NCBI GenBank assembly: GCA_002309855.1
Contig: DBYD01000029.1
Coordinates: forward strand, 10,521-74,520
Source of the DNA: Bacteroidales bacterium UBA1195
GTDB taxonomy: Bacteria; Bacteroidota; Bacteroidia; Bacteroidales; WCHB1-69
Reading direction: 5' to 3'
Length of the DNA stretch: 64,000 nucleotides
Part shown: piece by piece, positions 63,101 through 64,000 of the stretch
Numbering within the stretch: position 1 is the stretch's first letter
How the letters are laid out: every line of letters begins with the position of its first letter
Program-made: the position numbers and the translations under genes
Notes under the pieces: generated by a model
What the model was told of the DNA's origin: nothing
Database searches by the model: none
The model's input: only the letters and a program-made list of their open reading frames with translations

Positions 63101-64000
63101 CGGGTCACCTGCGGTGTTGGAGAGGTAGAAGTTGGCGAATCCTCCGGTGATGCGGCACTGCATGAAGGAAATCTGCTGCGGATAGTCCTTGCTCTTCTGC
63201 GGGTTGATGAACTCAATGGCGTTTGACTCGTTCTTAGTTGCGCTTTGGCTGGCGTGGATTGAGCAGTTGTAGAAGGCGATGTCCCTGTTGGTGCCCTTCA
63301 TCTGTATGCCGGTCAGTCCCCTCACGCTGTCACCAATGGAGAAATTGCTGAAAATCCAGTGCTTGGTATTGTCCAAAATCAGGGACGGGCCGTAACTGCC
63401 ATAGTTGATGGTGACGGTCAGGCCGGCATCCGGTGTTAAGGAGATGGTGTTCACACTGCTGCTGCCAGGGACGCTGTCAGACAATATCAGCTGGTTAAGG
63501 GTCAGAGGCATGCCGATGGAAAGTATGACCGCTCCGTTGACGCCGCAGGTGTTCAGTGCCTGCACCGCCTCCTCGATGGTGTTGAAGAGTGTCCTTGCAC
63601 CACCTGACGAGGCGACTGTGAGCGTGCCGGAGAGAGGTCCGTTGCAGGAGAAGAGTTTTGTCTCGATTGTGTCGTTGTGCAGGTTCCCGTCGATGAGGCT
63701 GTTCGGATTCTCAGTCCAGGCGACAAGGGCGATGAAGCGACGTGCTGCCGGGGTGGTGTTGCCGATGCAGACCACGGTGCTGTCACCGGCGGCCAGGGCA
63801 CCCTTCCAGTAGTAGGTCGTCTGCAGCACATTGGCGGATTTCCAGTGAACTTCCACCGATTTCAGGGTGTCGAGACCATTGTTGTACATGGTCACATAGA
63901 TGTTGCTCTGCTGTCCGCCGTTGAGGGTGGTGTTGGCGAAATCGAGCAGCGCCACATCCTCCTTGGCGATCACGTTCAGTTTTGTGGAAATGGTGTCGTT
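60167..64000 (-). CDS. Giant T9SS cargo protein, paralog E (5' end beyond the window; at least 1277 aa visible)
   Basis: The ORF stays open past 63973 to the window edge (...NDTISTKLNVIAKEDV). It has the same core module order as A-D. C-terminus GQNIPNPATEVTAIPFTLPQSGQVRIS...GIYYYTMEYCGQRITRKMNIR. Confidence 0.9.
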   Translation of the reverse strand, partial: NDTISTKLNVIAKEDVALLDFANTTLNGGQQSNIYVTMYNNGLDTLKSVEVHWKSANVLQTTYYWKGALAAGDSTVVCIGNTTPAARRFIALVAWTENPNSLIDGNLHNDTIETKLFSCNGPLSGTLTVASSGGARTLFNTIEEAVQALNTCGVNGAVILSIGMPLTLNQLILSDSVPGSSSVNTISLTPDAGLTVTINYGSYGPSLILDNTKHWIFSNFSIGDSVRGLTGIQMKGTNRDIAFYNCSIHASQSATKNESNAIEFINPQKSKDYPQQISFMQCRITGGFANFYLSNTAGDPSQMDKASINIETSTLCKAFAYGIYSEGLGAIKKLCGNTITNRSVCKDYTAVHSENYAVWDKIEQNRIHISNDGAAYGFYLIKGNQDANYTKRTAYMTNNEVKIIGNGSTQCGIYQNEPNGNWEIHHNSIYVQANSKGANANGMELYNSNSKCKVNVSRNLIYADASICYPLVIGTASCAGATYGVREWNNLYSKSNVAYIGSAITTIAQLQSLTMQDANSQQTLPAYTNLTKDLQLTSYFQFRSPAILTMVGKDINNKARIKLTPMGCYSIDMYELANLKFKEVISPKAVNDAVCYSSSVPVTIELENSGMKSVSYDTANLKISVDISGAATLHFDTTFQKGGLKGTSSEIITLGSFQTTTDGVYNVKLTLQCKADDTTSDNESNITYKVYRIGLPYDVDFTSAPKEMVTRTVSGDAQWTMFGNGNPAPVYGKGIMMLGSGSNKGSVAHATFNGIHIDGYTQPKLTFWYAHTNGKNQGDSLIVKVSTDGGATFTVLCRLAAAGNTAGWKEYSYDLSKFATAPCLSIVFEGITGGIAQQIDRIRLSALQDAAISMLPVDISKYDACSNNPVAVKAIITNQTKQPLTLTKDTLHLQVGGAVNQQAIYIYNKVLAGEASDTITIGSFVPSADGAYNLQLSMQSQDDVAANDTIRTSLQIMRDLSLNSLTGLNSSTAYTSGTALAVNATVTNNGTMQMSRYYTQLKVNGTVVLKDTVTAVLNPGDSDTHVLRFAAPFASKTNPNFTVEVTATSGCDADHTNDTMRVNGLVEVPDTTDIQVLDITTTSPADGNTKISPKVSITNKGNCTAAQVKLYLAVIDRNNQVIETISETVSGLTAGENRNVQFTQTYTVPNYDGKYILKAYVGAVAEDPLRSNDTLQKAFDCVEKVGIHNVKELVWSLGQNIPNPATEVTAIPFTLPQSGQVRISVMTANGQIVHRQEIQGEAGANSLELNTADWAAGIYYYTMEYCGQRITRKMNIR

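Overview
The window reads as a Bacteroidota (Bacteroidales-like) chromosome segment. The evidence is type-A and type-B T9SS C-terminal sorting domains, TAnnTTTG -7 promoter boxes, and a by-eye GC of roughly mid-50s percent.

nt 1-22,300 is a housekeeping backbone. It holds infB (5' partial), metG, a Fur-family regulator, a 1508-aa T9SS-sorted protein built from tandem PPC-like modules, an arginase-fold protein and topA. Next comes a compact minus-strand stable-RNA cluster that the ORF track does not capture: tRNA-Phe, RNase P RNA, tsaC and SRP/4.5S RNA. After it lie a RayT/IS200-like HUH transposase gene with a REP-like palindrome and a 12-bp microsatellite inside its ORF, a flavin-reductase-like gene, an M16 peptidase and an AsmA-family gene.

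nt 22,300-64,000 is an accessory region dominated by surface proteins. It holds a type-B-CTD protein, two BspA-type LRR/T9SS proteins, and an AT-rich islet encoding a 17-Cys secreted protein plus a lipoprotein with a PDI-like CGHC motif. It also holds an orphan histidine kinase, a DUF2147 protein, a membrane-anchored Amidase_2 cell-wall amidase and an Rpn/PD-(D/E)XK nuclease-transposase.

The main finding is five co-oriented giant paralogous T9SS cargo genes: A 30181-36303, B 36440-42646, C 45368-52663, D 53444-58811 and E 60167->64000. They share a modular core of CARDB-like Ig modules, a beta-helix, a MAM/choice-of-anchor-J-like domain and a CTD. Near-identical and divergent blocks alternate along them, and whole beta-helix cassettes are shared in different combinations between paralogs. 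Their CTDs show short-patch mosaicism. Gene D is split by a +1 frameshift in a G6 homopolymer tract.

I read this as a candidate recombination-driven (gene-conversion and slipped-strand) surface-variation locus. The function of the protein family is unknown from the sequence alone. All homology calls are by-eye motif recognition, and no database search was run.
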